Virus record (IMG/VR): IMGVR_UViG_3300025138_000025
Span: 24,166 to 88,165 of that record
Reading direction: 5' to 3' (one strand)
DNA: 64,000 nucleotides
DNA from: a virus
Positions 37,297-48,214 of this stretch are shown in pieces. Below the pieces are notes generated by a model. The model worked only from the letters and a program-made list of their open reading frames with translations. It was not told the DNA's origin and did no database searches. The translations under genes and the position numbers were made by a program. Positions within the stretch are counted from its first letter, which is position 1. The number at the start of each line of letters is the position of its first letter.

Positions 37297-38554
37297 AATA
37301 CAAATAATGGGTACACCTGATGTGTTCAATAAAATAGAAAAGGAGTTGACTTATACTTTACCTCCTCGTATGCCACAAGATCCACCTATGGTGCTTAAAA
37401 CAATTAGATACATAAGGAAGGGGTTAATCTCTATTCCTGTCGGAAGACTAGATTTAATACCAGATGATTACGAAGTTTTCGATAAGCGTGTTAGTGTGCC
37501 GGCTGACTTTCCTAAGTTTAAGTTTGACTTACGACCAAGCCAAAAAGCGGTTTATGACGAAGTAGATGACTGCGCTATAATTAACGCTTGGGTAAGTTGG
37601 GGTAAGACATTTACAGGTCTTGCTATAGCAGAAAAGCTTGGGCAGAAAACACTTGTTGTTACTCATACAACTACATTAAGAGCGCAGTGGGAAAAAGAAG
37701 TAAAAAAAGTATTTGGAATTGACGCAGGAGTAATTGGTGGTGGAAAGTTTGATGTAGAGCCTCCTATAGTAATTGGGAATATACAGTCATTATACAGACG
37801 AGTAGACGACATAAAAGACATATTCGGAACAGTTATATTAGATGAAATGCATCATGTATCAAGTCCAACCTTTACGCGTATAGTAGACGAAATGCCTGCT
37901 AGATTTAAGGTGGGACTAACAGGAACACTAGAGCGAAAAGATGGAAGACATGTAGTGTTTAGAGATTACTTTGGAAATAATGTATTTAAACCACCAAAAG
38001 AAAATTATTTGATACCTAAAATAGATATTTATAAGACAGATATAAGATTTATAGATGGCTCGTTTACGCCTTGGGCGGAACGAATTAACGACCTTACTCA
38101 CAACGAAGAATATGTCCATAGTGTGAGTATGATAGCGGCAAAGTATGCTGCAGAAGGACATAAAGTACTGGTTGTCTCTGATAGAGTACATTTTCTAAAA
38201 AGATGTGCTAATTTAGTAGGAGATAAGGCAGTATCAATAACAGGCGATATGAATTTTGAAGAAAGAGAAGAAGCTATGCAAGAAGTAAGAACAAGTAAAA
38301 ATATTTTATTTGGAACACAATCTATATTTTCAGAAGGTATATCATTAAATGAATTAAGTTGTTTAGTACTAGGTACACCAGTTAATAATGAACCATTACT
38401 TACACAGCTTATAGGTAGAGTAGTCCGAAAACTAGATGGCAAAAGACAACCAGTTATCGTAGACATAAACTTAAAAGGAAAAACAGCATCTCGTCAAGCA
38501 AACGCTAGGATGGGATATTATATTAGAGAAGGTTATGAGGTAACCGTATTATGA
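37274..38554 (+). CDS. SF2 helicase (T5 D10)
   Basis: GKT, DEMH, TGT, QLIGRV.R. Confidence 0.93.
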   Translation: MKAVIKNRIQIMGTPDVFNKIEKELTYTLPPRMPQDPPMVLKTIRYIRKGLISIPVGRLDLIPDDYEVFDKRVSVPADFPKFKFDLRPSQKAVYDEVDDCAIINAWVSWGKTFTGLAIAEKLGQKTLVVTHTTTLRAQWEKEVKKVFGIDAGVIGGGKFDVEPPIVIGNIQSLYRRVDDIKDIFGTVILDEMHHVSSPTFTRIVDEMPARFKVGLTGTLERKDGRHVVFRDYFGNNVFKPPKENYLIPKIDIYKTDIRFIDGSFTPWAERINDLTHNEEYVHSVSMIAAKYAAEGHKVLVVSDRVHFLKRCANLVGDKAVSITGDMNFEEREEAMQEVRTSKNILFGTQSIFSEGISLNELSCLVLGTPVNNEPLLTQLIGRVVRKLDGKRQPVIVDINLKGKTASRQANARMGYYIREGYEVTVL

Positions 38555-39456
38555 CAGAAGAAACAAAAGAAATCCAATTAAATTTGGAAGAGATGAGAAA
38601 GATGAAAATCTTTGTAGCTACTCCAATGTATGGTGGTCAATGCTATGGACTATATACTAAATCATTAATGGACACTACAAGTATGTTTATGCATTATGGA
38701 ATTGAAATGCAGATTTATTATTTATTTAATGAATCGTTAGTAACTAGAGCAAGAAATTATTGTGTTGCTAACTTTTTAAAATCTGAGTCAACTCACATGT
38801 TATTTATAGATAGTGATGTTGCATGGCAAGCCAAAGACTTAATGTATATGACTCACTTAGTTGCAGAAGATCCTGAGAAATATAGAGTTATGACAGCACT
38901 ATATCCTAAGAAAACTATAGCTTGGGAGAAAGTATTAAAAGCTGCTCAGTCAGGAACATTTGACGATAATCCAGTAGCACTAGAAAAAGTAGCGGGAGAC
39001 ATGGTTTTTAATCCAGACCATGGAGCATACCCAGATGGTAGAGCACCTATATATGAGCCAGTAAAAGTTAAAGAAGCAGGTACTGGATTTATGATGATAC
39101 ATAGAAGTGTATTTGAAGAATATGCAGAAGCACATCCCGAGTTAGAGTATACTCCTGACCATTTAAGAGAAGGAGAGTTTAAACTAGGAGAAAAAATTCA
39201 TGCTTATTTTGACTGTATAATCAATGAAGAAAACAGATATCTAAGTGAAGATTACATGTTTTGTGAAAATCTGAGAAAGCAGAATATAGATATATGGACA
39301 TTGCCAATGGTTGAACTTATGCATTGTGGTAGTTACATCTACCAAGGCAAACTAGTAGATATGGCATTGAATGACGTTCATGCAACAATGTCTCCAGAAG
39401 ATATTGGAAAAATTCGATCTAGTCGTCCGTATGAAGATGACAAAAATAGTTCTTGA
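38551..39456 (+). CDS. GT-A glycosyltransferase-like protein
   Basis: ATPMYGG, ESLVTRARN, FIDSD, GTGFM, SEDY.FC, H.G. Confidence 0.8.
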   Translation: MTEETKEIQLNLEEMRKMKIFVATPMYGGQCYGLYTKSLMDTTSMFMHYGIEMQIYYLFNESLVTRARNYCVANFLKSESTHMLFIDSDVAWQAKDLMYMTHLVAEDPEKYRVMTALYPKKTIAWEKVLKAAQSGTFDDNPVALEKVAGDMVFNPDHGAYPDGRAPIYEPVKVKEAGTGFMMIHRSVFEEYAEAHPELEYTPDHLREGEFKLGEKIHAYFDCIINEENRYLSEDYMFCENLRKQNIDIWTLPMVELMHCGSYIYQGKLVDMALNDVHATMSPEDIGKIRSSRPYEDDKNSS

Positions 39457-39481
39457 CAACATCTATAAAATTTGATATAAT
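39453..39481 (+). promoter_or_regulatory. sigma70-type promoter
   Basis: AAAAATAGTTC-TTGACA-N17-TATAAT; -35 contains upstream TGA stop, -10 abuts ATG 39482. Confidence 0.85.
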
Positions 39482-39868
39482 ATGTTATTATTTAATTGGA
39501 ATGAGATTTTAAAAGTAAGCAAAGGAAATGTAATGGACACCATAACAATCCTACGAATTATTACTTTCAAACTTACACCCAAAAATTACAACGACCGAGT
39601 GTTTAAATTTTATGAACACTACTATGGCGGTCAGTCGTTTCTCTTGAATCCTGAGAAATTGATGAACGCCGGTCGCAGCTACTCAGACAAAGAAGTAGTG
39701 GAATATGCAGGAGTCGCATCGTTCCGCAATTACTTTGAGTATCAGCAAACCAAAGACTCCACACTTGACCTTCTGATGTTACCAATATCAGAAGATATTA
39801 TTACTAAAAACAGACTGCTTGACATAAAAAACGGCAGGATTCATTTTATGTTCGAGGAGACACAATAG
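39482..39868 (+). CDS. T5-conserved hypothetical protein upstream of D11
   Basis: SFLLNP..EY...ASFRNY..NRLL..IHF.FE; synteny. Confidence 0.7.
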   Translation: MLLFNWNEILKVSKGNVMDTITILRIITFKLTPKNYNDRVFKFYEHYYGGQSFLLNPEKLMNAGRSYSDKEVVEYAGVASFRNYFEYQQTKDSTLDLLMLPISEDIITKNRLLDIKNGRIHFMFEETQ

Positions 39869-39878
39869 GAGAATTATT

Positions 39879-40508
39879 ATGGCAATAGGCTTTAATGTAA
39901 CCAAGGGCTCAGCCCAAAAAGATAAAATATCAACTTATAACTACGCGGATAAGGAAGACCACAAGGTAAGACTAGTGGGCGACTTACTCCCTAGATATGT
40001 CTACTGGATTAAAGGAGAGAACAACAAAAACATCCCTATGGAATGTTTGTCATTTGACAGAAACTCTGAAACCTTTAATAACATCGAACACGACCACGTA
40101 AGAGACTTTTACCCAGACTTAAAGTGTGGATGGTCTTATGCGGTCCAATGTATCGACTACTCAGACAATTCAGTTAAAGTGTTGAATCTTAAAAGAAAAT
40201 TGTTTGACCAAATTATTGTAGCTATGGAAGACTTAGGTGATCCAACATGCCCAACAACTGGTTATGACATTCATTTTAAAAGAAAGAAAACTGGACCTCA
40301 GGTATTCAACGTCGAGTATCAGTTAGCTGTCTTAAAATGTAAAAATAGAGAACTCTCAGAAGAAGAGCAACTAATGATTAAAGACCTAAAATCTATGGAT
40401 GACGTACTTCCTAGACCTACAGCTGATGCACAGTTGGAGTTACTAAGAAGAATTAACAACCAAGATGGCGGGGCTGAAACAGTAGACTCAGAGTTTGACG
40501 TATCATGA
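39879..40508 (+). CDS. T5 D11-like protein (probable ssDNA-binding)
   Basis: VRLVG..LPRYVYW, ECLSF, DP..GYD..KTGP..NVEY, acidic tail. Confidence 0.82.
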   Translation: MAIGFNVTKGSAQKDKISTYNYADKEDHKVRLVGDLLPRYVYWIKGENNKNIPMECLSFDRNSETFNNIEHDHVRDFYPDLKCGWSYAVQCIDYSDNSVKVLNLKRKLFDQIIVAMEDLGDPTCPTTGYDIHFKRKKTGPQVFNVEYQLAVLKCKNRELSEEEQLMIKDLKSMDDVLPRPTADAQLELLRRINNQDGGAETVDSEFDVS

Positions 40509-41011
40509 TTGGAGTAGGAAACATATTTCCTGACTTTCACATGATTGGAGTGGATGAAAGCAATAGCTTTTTAGATTTAGATGTATTAGCACCCAGTACT
40601 TGGACTGTTATGTATTTTTATCCAAAAGACTTTACTTTTATCTGCCCTACCGAGATAGCAGGAATGGACATGTTAGTGTCTGAAGCAGATGTTGTTGGCG
40701 TTAGCGGTGACAACGAGTTCTGTAAGTTAATGTGGAAAGAGTCAAACGACTTAATTAGAAACATTAACCATATCCTAGCAGCAGACTGTGGCTTGAAATT
40801 AGCTTCTAAACTAGGAATAGTAGATAAAGCTAATGGAGTATGCTACAGAGCTACTTATATCATTGACCCAGAGGGGGTTATCCAACATGTATCAGTTAAC
40901 GCACTAGATACAGGCAGAAATGCCAATGAAGTACTAAGAACACTGCAAGGCTTAAAAGCTGGTGGACTTACAGGTTGTGAATGGCAACCAGGAGAAGACT
41001 TCGTAGCGTGA
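40505..41011 (+). CDS. ahpC: peroxiredoxin (AhpC type)
   Basis: FYPKDFTFICPTE, RATYIIDPEG, GRN..E.LR. Confidence 0.93.
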   Translation: MIGVGNIFPDFHMIGVDESNSFLDLDVLAPSTWTVMYFYPKDFTFICPTEIAGMDMLVSEADVVGVSGDNEFCKLMWKESNDLIRNINHILAADCGLKLASKLGIVDKANGVCYRATYIIDPEGVIQHVSVNALDTGRNANEVLRTLQGLKAGGLTGCEWQPGEDFVA

Positions 41012-41958
41012 TATTATTTACCGCCGATTGGCATATTAAACTTGGGCAGAAGAATGTACCATTAAGTTGGGCATGTTCTCGTTATGAGATGTTCTTTGAG
41101 CAAATCCAAGATGTTATTGCGGATAATAATTGTGACTTACACATCATTGGTGGGGACTTGTTTGATCGAGTCCCTAGCATGGATGAGTTAACTCTGTACT
41201 TTGATTTTATAAAGCAGGTTACTATAAGAACAATTATTTATGACGGAAATCATGAAGCAACAAGAAAAAATAAAACTTTCTTTAGTAATTTAAAGAAGGT
41301 TACAAGTAGTATCAATCCTCTAGTAGAAGTGATTGACTCTACATATTACGAAGATAACTGGGCAATATTACCTTACGCAGACTTACATAGAAAAGATGCA
41401 ATAGAAAACATTGATGCAGATATCTTATATACTCATGTTCGTGGAGAGATACCACCTCATGTAGTACCAGAAGTAGATTTAGAAAGATTTGATAAATTTA
41501 AAGTTGTGTTTGCTGGAGATTTACATGCTCACGAGAATACTCAAAGAAATATTGTATACCCAGGCAGCCCAATGACAACATCATTTCATAGAAACCAAGT
41601 CCGAACGGGGTACTTGTTAATAGACGGATTAGAATGGAAGTGGGGAGGTTTTGACTTACCACAACTTATTCGTACTAATGTAACAAATCCTGACGACATG
41701 GTTGCTACAGACTTTCACCATACTATATATGAGTTGGAAGGAGATGTACAAGATTTAGCAAAGGTTAAGAATACAGAACTACTAGATAAGAAAGTAGTAA
41801 AACGAGAAATGGAAGCAACTCTTAAATTAAGTCAAGATATGACAATTTCAGAAGAGTTGATAATGTATCTAAGTGAAATCTTAAGTCTGGACGAAACAAA
41901 AATACCAAACATTATAGGAGTGTTTAATGATTATTCTAAAGAAGCTGAAGTGGGATAA
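41008..41958 (+). CDS. SbcD/Mre11-like nuclease (T5 D12)
   Basis: DWH, GDLFD, GNHE, GDLH, YPGS; GTG start 41008. Confidence 0.93.
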   Translation: MILFTADWHIKLGQKNVPLSWACSRYEMFFEQIQDVIADNNCDLHIIGGDLFDRVPSMDELTLYFDFIKQVTIRTIIYDGNHEATRKNKTFFSNLKKVTSSINPLVEVIDSTYYEDNWAILPYADLHRKDAIENIDADILYTHVRGEIPPHVVPEVDLERFDKFKVVFAGDLHAHENTQRNIVYPGSPMTTSFHRNQVRTGYLLIDGLEWKWGGFDLPQLIRTNVTNPDDMVATDFHHTIYELEGDVQDLAKVKNTELLDKKVVKREMEATLKLSQDMTISEELIMYLSEILSLDETKIPNIIGVFNDYSKEAEVG

Positions 41959-43732
41959 TTGCTTTTCTTATGGAGAAGATAATGAGTTAGACTTAGACAG
42001 GTCGACTCTTACACAGCTAGTAGGAACAAACGGAGTTGGGAAATCCTCTATCCCCTTAATTTTAGAGGAAGTATTATTTAATAAAAACAGTAAAAATGTT
42101 AAGAAGGCAGATATCGCAAACCGTTATATCAATAATGGTTATAATATCTCTCTATCTTTTACAGTGGATGATGATGAGTACTGTATTAGCGTATTAAGAC
42201 GCGCAGCACTTAAGTGTAAACTTACAAAAAATGGAGAAGATATAAGTTCGCACACAGCGTCGAATACATACAAGACGCTTGGGGAAGTATTGGGTATAGA
42301 TTTTAAGACCTTTTCTCAATTAGTTTACCAAAACACCAATGCATCATTACAATTTTTAACTGCGACTGATACTAATAGGAAGAAGTTCCTAATTGACTTA
42401 TTGAAATTAGACGAGTATGTCTCGTTCTTTGAGATTTTTAAAGAAGCTGTAAGAGTAAAAGCAAACGAAATCACAGGAACCAATGCGAAACTTGCAACAA
42501 TTCAGAAATGGTTATCAGATAATATTCTCGAGGATAGTGAGATACTCGATAAATTAGTTTTACCAAAAATTAATGAAGAAGATGAAGAGTCTTTACGTTC
42601 TTTACAGTTACAATTTGAAAATATCTCCGAAAAGAATAAAAAAATAAATCTCAATGAAATGCTCAAACAGCAGGTAAAAAACATACCACTAGAGCAGTAC
42701 AAAGAAGATATAGAATCACATCCTGAGCTACAAGATACTTCTCAGATAGAACAAGACATGGGCAGAATTAATCATAATCTTGCACACCACGAGGGACTAT
42801 TGAGTGAGTACGAAAGTCAGACAGGTAAATGTCCTACATGCGGTCAGGACATAGAAGTAGACTTCACAGAAGAAAAACTAGAACTTCATAGGGAAGGGAT
42901 AAAGACGGCAAAGTTAAACTACTTAGAAAAGAAAGCAGATTTAGGTGAGATACAGCATGGAAATAAAATACATAGGGCAGCAACCAAAGGAATCGAAGAC
43001 TGGGAACAAACCTACAGGTCTATTGACCATGAGCTCCCGACAAGAGCAGTGGACGAAGAAGCCGTCGCAGAACAGATTAAAGAGCTTCGTAAAAAGATTA
43101 CCGATAGTAGGTCGAATCTTCAAGAGGTTATAGATGAAAACACGAGAAGAGAAAGGCACAACACCAGAATTAGCATTATACTGGAACAAACTGACGGATT
43201 TCAAGAACAGCTTGATGCAAGTCAATCTAGTCTTGAGAGTTCAGAAAGCAAATTGGCGATTCTTGAAACACTCAAAAAAGCATTTAGTACGAACGGACTA
43301 CTAGCTTATAAAATAGAATCTCTAGTAAAAGAACTAGAAGTTCTAACAAACGACTACCTCGCAGAGTTTAGTGATGGTAGATTTAGTATTAACTTTGTAG
43401 TGGAGAATGATAAATTAAATGTGGAAGTCTCAGATAACGGCAATATTATTGACATTCTTGCTCTTTCTAGCGGCGAGTTAGCTAGAGTTAATATAGCAAC
43501 CTTAGTAGCAATACGAAAACTAATGGCTTCTATAAGTCGTAGTCAAATCAATGTGCTATTTTTAGATGAGGTAAACCAAGCCTTAGATGAAGTTGGTAAA
43601 GAGAAGGTAGTGGAAGTATTACTTAAAGAAGAAAACCTCAATACATATATGGTATCGCATGGTTGGACTCACCCACTATTACAAAAGATAGAGATAACTA
43701 AAGAAGATAACATTAGTTACTTAGAAGGATAA
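41927..43732 (+). CDS. SbcC/Rad50-like ATPase (T5 D13)
   Basis: GTNGVGKS, CPTC hook, LSSGE, LDE. Confidence 0.95.
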   Translation: MIILKKLKWDNCFSYGEDNELDLDRSTLTQLVGTNGVGKSSIPLILEEVLFNKNSKNVKKADIANRYINNGYNISLSFTVDDDEYCISVLRRAALKCKLTKNGEDISSHTASNTYKTLGEVLGIDFKTFSQLVYQNTNASLQFLTATDTNRKKFLIDLLKLDEYVSFFEIFKEAVRVKANEITGTNAKLATIQKWLSDNILEDSEILDKLVLPKINEEDEESLRSLQLQFENISEKNKKINLNEMLKQQVKNIPLEQYKEDIESHPELQDTSQIEQDMGRINHNLAHHEGLLSEYESQTGKCPTCGQDIEVDFTEEKLELHREGIKTAKLNYLEKKADLGEIQHGNKIHRAATKGIEDWEQTYRSIDHELPTRAVDEEAVAEQIKELRKKITDSRSNLQEVIDENTRRERHNTRISIILEQTDGFQEQLDASQSSLESSESKLAILETLKKAFSTNGLLAYKIESLVKELEVLTNDYLAEFSDGRFSINFVVENDKLNVEVSDNGNIIDILALSSGELARVNIATLVAIRKLMASISRSQINVLFLDEVNQALDEVGKEKVVEVLLKEENLNTYMVSHGWTHPLLQKIEITKEDNISYLEG

Positions 43733-43740
43733 TATATATC

Positions 43741-43769
43741 TTGACAAGAAACTTAAAATTTGTTATAAT
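43741..43769 (+). promoter_or_regulatory. sigma70-type promoter
   Basis: TTGACA-N17-TATAAT, AAGGA SD downstream. Confidence 0.9.
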
Positions 43770-43790
43770 ATATTTATAAAAAGGAACAAC

Positions 43791-44021
43791 ATGCAAGTAG
43801 TAATATACAGTATACCGAATTGTACATATTGTGTACAAGCAAAAAATTTAGCAGAAGCTCATCCTAAGGTGGATGAGACTATATACAAGATGATGGGAGA
43901 TGGTTTTAAACCAACAGAAGTTAGGGAACTATTCCCTAGTGCAAGAACATTCCCACAGATTATAGTGGATGGAGAAAAGATAGGCGGATTTACAGAACTC
44001 AAGGCCTTATTGGATGGTTAA
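43791..44021 (+). CDS. glutaredoxin
   Basis: CTYC, TFPQI, IGG. Confidence 0.92.
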   Translation: MQVVIYSIPNCTYCVQAKNLAEAHPKVDETIYKMMGDGFKPTEVRELFPSARTFPQIIVDGEKIGGFTELKALLDG

Positions 44022-44502
44022 TTCAAGAAGAAAAGGTCATGACGCTGAGATACGCGTATCAGAAATGCTTAATAGAATTACTGGCGAGGTGTTTGTACAG
44101 ACACCTGGTTCAGGTTCTGGCAAGATAAAAGGTGATTTAATGGTAGCTCACAAACATAATCTCTTTACAATAGAGGTTAAGTTTTATCGTGATATGGCAT
44201 TTAATCACAAAATATTTACTCAAAAGAGTAATACCTTTGTGGGTTGGTGGTCTAAGTTGTGCAGACAGGCAACTGAAATGGGACAAGAACCTCTACTTAT
44301 ATTTAAGGAGAACCACTCACAGTGGTACGTGGCAACGACAAGAAAGCCATGTTACAAAAAACATATGTACATAAACTGGTTGGGGTGCTATGTCACCTTC
44401 GCTGAACAATTTTTAGAAACACAGGAGTTAAAGTTTACAAATGGCGATAAAATTTACGAGCCATGGAGAGTCGATCCCGAATGGGAACTTACTAATAGTT
44501 GA
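44014..44502 (+). CDS. PD-(D/E)xK resolvase-like nuclease (T5 D14)
   Basis: KG...E, PGSG..KGD, IEVK. Confidence 0.85.
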   Translation: MVNSRRKGHDAEIRVSEMLNRITGEVFVQTPGSGSGKIKGDLMVAHKHNLFTIEVKFYRDMAFNHKIFTQKSNTFVGWWSKLCRQATEMGQEPLLIFKENHSQWYVATTRKPCYKKHMYINWLGCYVTFAEQFLETQELKFTNGDKIYEPWRVDPEWELTNS

Positions 44503-45298
44503 TGGACTCAACTTGGCGTTCAGATGGAAACATCAGGGCAAGAATGACTTTGAGCATGATTATGTTAGAACAGTACAATCATTAGCAAAGTCTTATGACT
44601 GCGGAGAAATCGTAGTCTTAGGGGATGGCGGTAGTAACTACCGTAAAGAAATATATCCCGAATACAAAGCAAACAGAAAAGAGAGATATGCAGAACAGAC
44701 TGAGAAAGAGGAACGCGAGTTCCAAGAGTTCTTAGCCGAGTTTCAAGTTACTATGAATACTTTAAAGTATAAGGGACATCTTACGCTAAAATATGCAGGC
44801 GTAGAGGCTGATGATATAGCCGCTCTTATCTGTCAGAACAGAGAGAATCTAGGTATACAAAATATCTGGATGATTTCATCAGATAGAGACTGGGATTTAC
44901 TTATTGACGGAAACATAAGTAGATTCTCAACAGTCACTAGAAAAGAAACAACACTTCATAATTGGGACGAGCATTATGATTTTGACCCAGAGTACTTCTT
45001 AACATATAAGTGCTTGACAGGGGATAAAGGAGATAACGTTCCAGGAGTTGATGGTATCGGTCCAAAGAGAGCGACACAGATTATTCAACAATATGGAGAT
45101 ATTTTTGATATTATGGCGAGTTTGCCAATCGAAGGAAAGTATAAATTCATACAGAACTTAAATGAGTTCGGAAGTGAAGGACTTGAGGTTGGTATTAAAC
45201 TCATGGATTTAACATACGACGTAGATGGAGCAGTGCTCGGTCACGCCAAAGAGATTATAGGATTAGTAGAAAATTATGTCAGTGAAAATAGACTTTAG
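44441..45298 (+). CDS. flap endonuclease / 5'-3' exonuclease (T5 D15)
   Basis: DG.N, YKANR, EADD, SDRD, GD..DNVPGV.GIG.K. Confidence 0.95.
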   Translation: MAIKFTSHGESIPNGNLLIVDGLNLAFRWKHQGKNDFEHDYVRTVQSLAKSYDCGEIVVLGDGGSNYRKEIYPEYKANRKERYAEQTEKEEREFQEFLAEFQVTMNTLKYKGHLTLKYAGVEADDIAALICQNRENLGIQNIWMISSDRDWDLLIDGNISRFSTVTRKETTLHNWDEHYDFDPEYFLTYKCLTGDKGDNVPGVDGIGPKRATQIIQQYGDIFDIMASLPIEGKYKFIQNLNEFGSEGLEVGIKLMDLTYDVDGAVLGHAKEIIGLVENYVSENRL

Positions 45299-47051
45299 TA
45301 AAGATAGTCTTTTAGATGAATTTGCATTAGCAACTCTAAAAGATAGATATATGGTAGGTGATGAGACTTCACCCCAAGAAGCTTTTGCGCGTGCCGCAAT
45401 GGCTTTCGCAGATGATGAGGCTCATGCACAAAGACTATATGACTATGTAAGTAAACTATGGTTTATGTTTGCTACGCCAGTATTATCAAATGGAGGCACT
45501 AGAAGGGGATTACCTATTAGTTGCTTCTTAAATTATGTAGACGACAGTAGAGAGGGAATAACAGACCACTTCACAGAAAATGCTTTCTTATCTTCTTTTG
45601 GAGGAGGTATCGGAGGCAGCTGGAGTGATGTTCGTGCGTCTGGCTCAAAAACTTCAAAAGGAAGTGAGAGTACAGGGGTAGTACCTTTTATGAAGGTAGT
45701 GGACGCAGAGATGCTCGCTTTCTCACAGGGAGTAACTAGACGGGGAAGTTACGCAAGTTATCTACATATGAGTCACCCCGAGATTGAGGAATTTTTAGAT
45801 GTACGGAAGCCAACTGGTGGCGATATTAACCGTAAGTGTACTAATATCCATCATGCTGTTGTTGTACCAGATGCTTTTATGGAGCTTATTCACTCCGCTT
45901 CAAAGTATCCTGATTTTGACGACAGCTGGGATCTTACAGATCCTCATTCCCTTGAAGTAAAGAAAACTGTATCTGCGAGAGCGTTATGGGTTAAAATACT
46001 TCAGAATAGAATGGAAACTGGAGAGCCTTACTTAATGTTTGAAGATGCGGTAAACAAAGATTTGCCCGACTTTCAGAAGAAGAAAGGAATGAAAGTACAT
46101 CACAGTAATCTGTGTTCGGAAATAACACTCGCTACAAACGAAGAACGAACAGCCGTTTGTTGCCTGTCTAGTGTCAATCTAGAGTATTATAATGAGTGGA
46201 AAGAAGTACCTGCATTTATACCTGACTTAGTCAGAATGTTAGATAACGTACTTGAATACTTTATTCACAATGCTCCTGACCAACTAGAGAAAGCTAAGTT
46301 TAGTGCTCAGCGGGAGAGGAGTATTGGACTTGGTGCTATGGGCTTTCATGCGTATTTGCAGAAGAATGGAATACCATTTGACAACCCAATGGCAACAGGC
46401 GCTAATTCTGAGATGTTCCAATATATCAAAACACAAGCGGAAAACACAACTAGACAACTAGCTGTTGAGAGAGGAGCCTGCCCAGACGATGATACTTGTT
46501 CTGTAAGGAACGCTCATCTATTGGCAATCGCTCCTAACGCTTCGTCTAGTATTATATGTGGGAACACAAGTCCAAGTATTGAACCATATAGAGCAAATGC
46601 CTATACTCAAAAGACAAAGTCTGGTAGTAACTTAGTAAAGAATAAATTTTTAGACAAGTTGCTAATGAGTAAAATAGGACATAGTGATGTATACGATAGC
46701 ACTTGGAAAAGTATTGTTGCAAACAGAGGTAGTGTACAACATCTTGACATACTCGACGAGTGGGAAAAAGATGTATTTAAAACAGCCGTAGAAATCAATC
46801 AAGCATGGATTGTAGAACACGCTTCAGTGAGACAGGAATATATCTGTCAGTCACAAAGCGTAAACCTATTTTTCCCACCTGATGTAAACAAAGGCGATTT
46901 ACATAATGTCCATATGTTAGCATGGGCGAAAAATTTAAAAACATTGTATTACTTGAGAAGTGAAGCTATCAGCAGAGCTGATAATGTTTCTAATCAAGCT
47001 AAACGAGAAATAATATTTGAACAGTCAGACTGTTTAAGTTGCGAGGGATAA
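45276..47051 (+). CDS. nrdA: ribonucleotide reductase class Ia alpha (no ATP cone)
   Basis: ATP.LSN, SCF, NLCSEI, CCLSS, APNASSS, TLYY, CLSCEG. Confidence 0.96.
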   Translation: MSVKIDFSKDSLLDEFALATLKDRYMVGDETSPQEAFARAAMAFADDEAHAQRLYDYVSKLWFMFATPVLSNGGTRRGLPISCFLNYVDDSREGITDHFTENAFLSSFGGGIGGSWSDVRASGSKTSKGSESTGVVPFMKVVDAEMLAFSQGVTRRGSYASYLHMSHPEIEEFLDVRKPTGGDINRKCTNIHHAVVVPDAFMELIHSASKYPDFDDSWDLTDPHSLEVKKTVSARALWVKILQNRMETGEPYLMFEDAVNKDLPDFQKKKGMKVHHSNLCSEITLATNEERTAVCCLSSVNLEYYNEWKEVPAFIPDLVRMLDNVLEYFIHNAPDQLEKAKFSAQRERSIGLGAMGFHAYLQKNGIPFDNPMATGANSEMFQYIKTQAENTTRQLAVERGACPDDDTCSVRNAHLLAIAPNASSSIICGNTSPSIEPYRANAYTQKTKSGSNLVKNKFLDKLLMSKIGHSDVYDSTWKSIVANRGSVQHLDILDEWEKDVFKTAVEINQAWIVEHASVRQEYICQSQSVNLFFPPDVNKGDLHNVHMLAWAKNLKTLYYLRSEAISRADNVSNQAKREIIFEQSDCLSCEG

Positions 47052-48011
47052 ATGAGTTTATTAAAAGAAAGAGAATACTATAAACCTTTTCAATATCCTT
47101 GGGCATTTGAGAACTATAAAAAACAACAACAAATGCATTGGTTACCTGAAGAAGTACCATTACAAGACGATATAAAGGATTATAAAGAAAAATTAAGTGA
47201 AGGCGAAAGGACATTGCTAGACAATATCTTTAAGTTTTTCACACAGGCAGATGTAGATGTATGTGGAGGCTATGCCCACCACTACTTACCTACATTTAAA
47301 CAACCAGAAGTAAGAATGATGCTTGTCAGTTACGCTGCTATGGAAGCAGTGCATCAAGAAGCATATTCTTTACTATTAGAAACTTTAGGTAAGTCAGAAG
47401 ACATGTACCAAGAGTTTTTTGATATTGGTGCTATGATGGAGAAACATGAATATCTACAAGATTTCAGCATGGAAACTCCATATGACATGGCAAAAACAAT
47501 GGCGGTATATAGCGCATTTACAGAAGGAGTACAGTTATTTAGTAGCTTTGCGATTCTTCTTAACTATCCAAGACATAACTTAATGAAAGGAATGGGACAA
47601 ATTGTTACATGGAGTATTCGTGATGAATCCTTGCATGTTGAAGGTTTGTCAAAACTATTCAGAACATTCATTGCAGAAAATCCTGAGTTGTGGAACGATA
47701 AGTTAAAATACGAAATATACTGTGCTGCAGAAAAGACAGTAGAGTTAGAAGATAACTTTATTGATATTTGTTTTGATAAAGCAGATATACCAGATTTGAC
47801 AGCAAAAGAAGTCAAGGAATATATTAGATATATTGCAGACAGAAGGTTACTGGGAATAGGTATGAAGAAGATTTTTCATAGTACTGAAAACCCCTTGCCT
47901 TGGATTGACATGCAAGTCAACGCAGTTGAGCATACCAACTTTTTTGAAAACCGTTCTACTGAGTATGCTAAAGCTAGTACACAAGGCAATTGGCAGGATG
48001 TATTCAAATGA
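47052..48011 (+). CDS. nrdB: ribonucleotide reductase class Ia beta
   Basis: W.PEE, EAVH..AY, EG..LF.SF, RDE.LH, NFFE. Confidence 0.96.
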   Translation: MSLLKEREYYKPFQYPWAFENYKKQQQMHWLPEEVPLQDDIKDYKEKLSEGERTLLDNIFKFFTQADVDVCGGYAHHYLPTFKQPEVRMMLVSYAAMEAVHQEAYSLLLETLGKSEDMYQEFFDIGAMMEKHEYLQDFSMETPYDMAKTMAVYSAFTEGVQLFSSFAILLNYPRHNLMKGMGQIVTWSIRDESLHVEGLSKLFRTFIAENPELWNDKLKYEIYCAAEKTVELEDNFIDICFDKADIPDLTAKEVKEYIRYIADRRLLGIGMKKIFHSTENPLPWIDMQVNAVEHTNFFENRSTEYAKASTQGNWQDVFK

Positions 48012-48214
48012 GTTCAGAATTACCAACACAAACAATTACAATAGATGAAACAACACATGACGTATCGTCATTATCTAAAGACCAACAAAGTATAGTTAAT
48101 GCGATAAACAAATGTGATGTTGACCTAGAGGACTTAAAACACAAGATGGCTATAACACAGACTGCTCGACAGGCTTATGTTAACGATCTTGGCGACCAGT
48201 TAAAGGAAGAGTAA
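48008..48214 (+). CDS. hypothetical protein
   Basis: TITID..LS..Q..AYVN.L pattern; ATGA overlap. Confidence 0.6.
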   Translation: MSSELPTQTITIDETTHDVSSLSKDQQSIVNAINKCDVDLEDLKHKMAITQTARQAYVNDLGDQLKEE

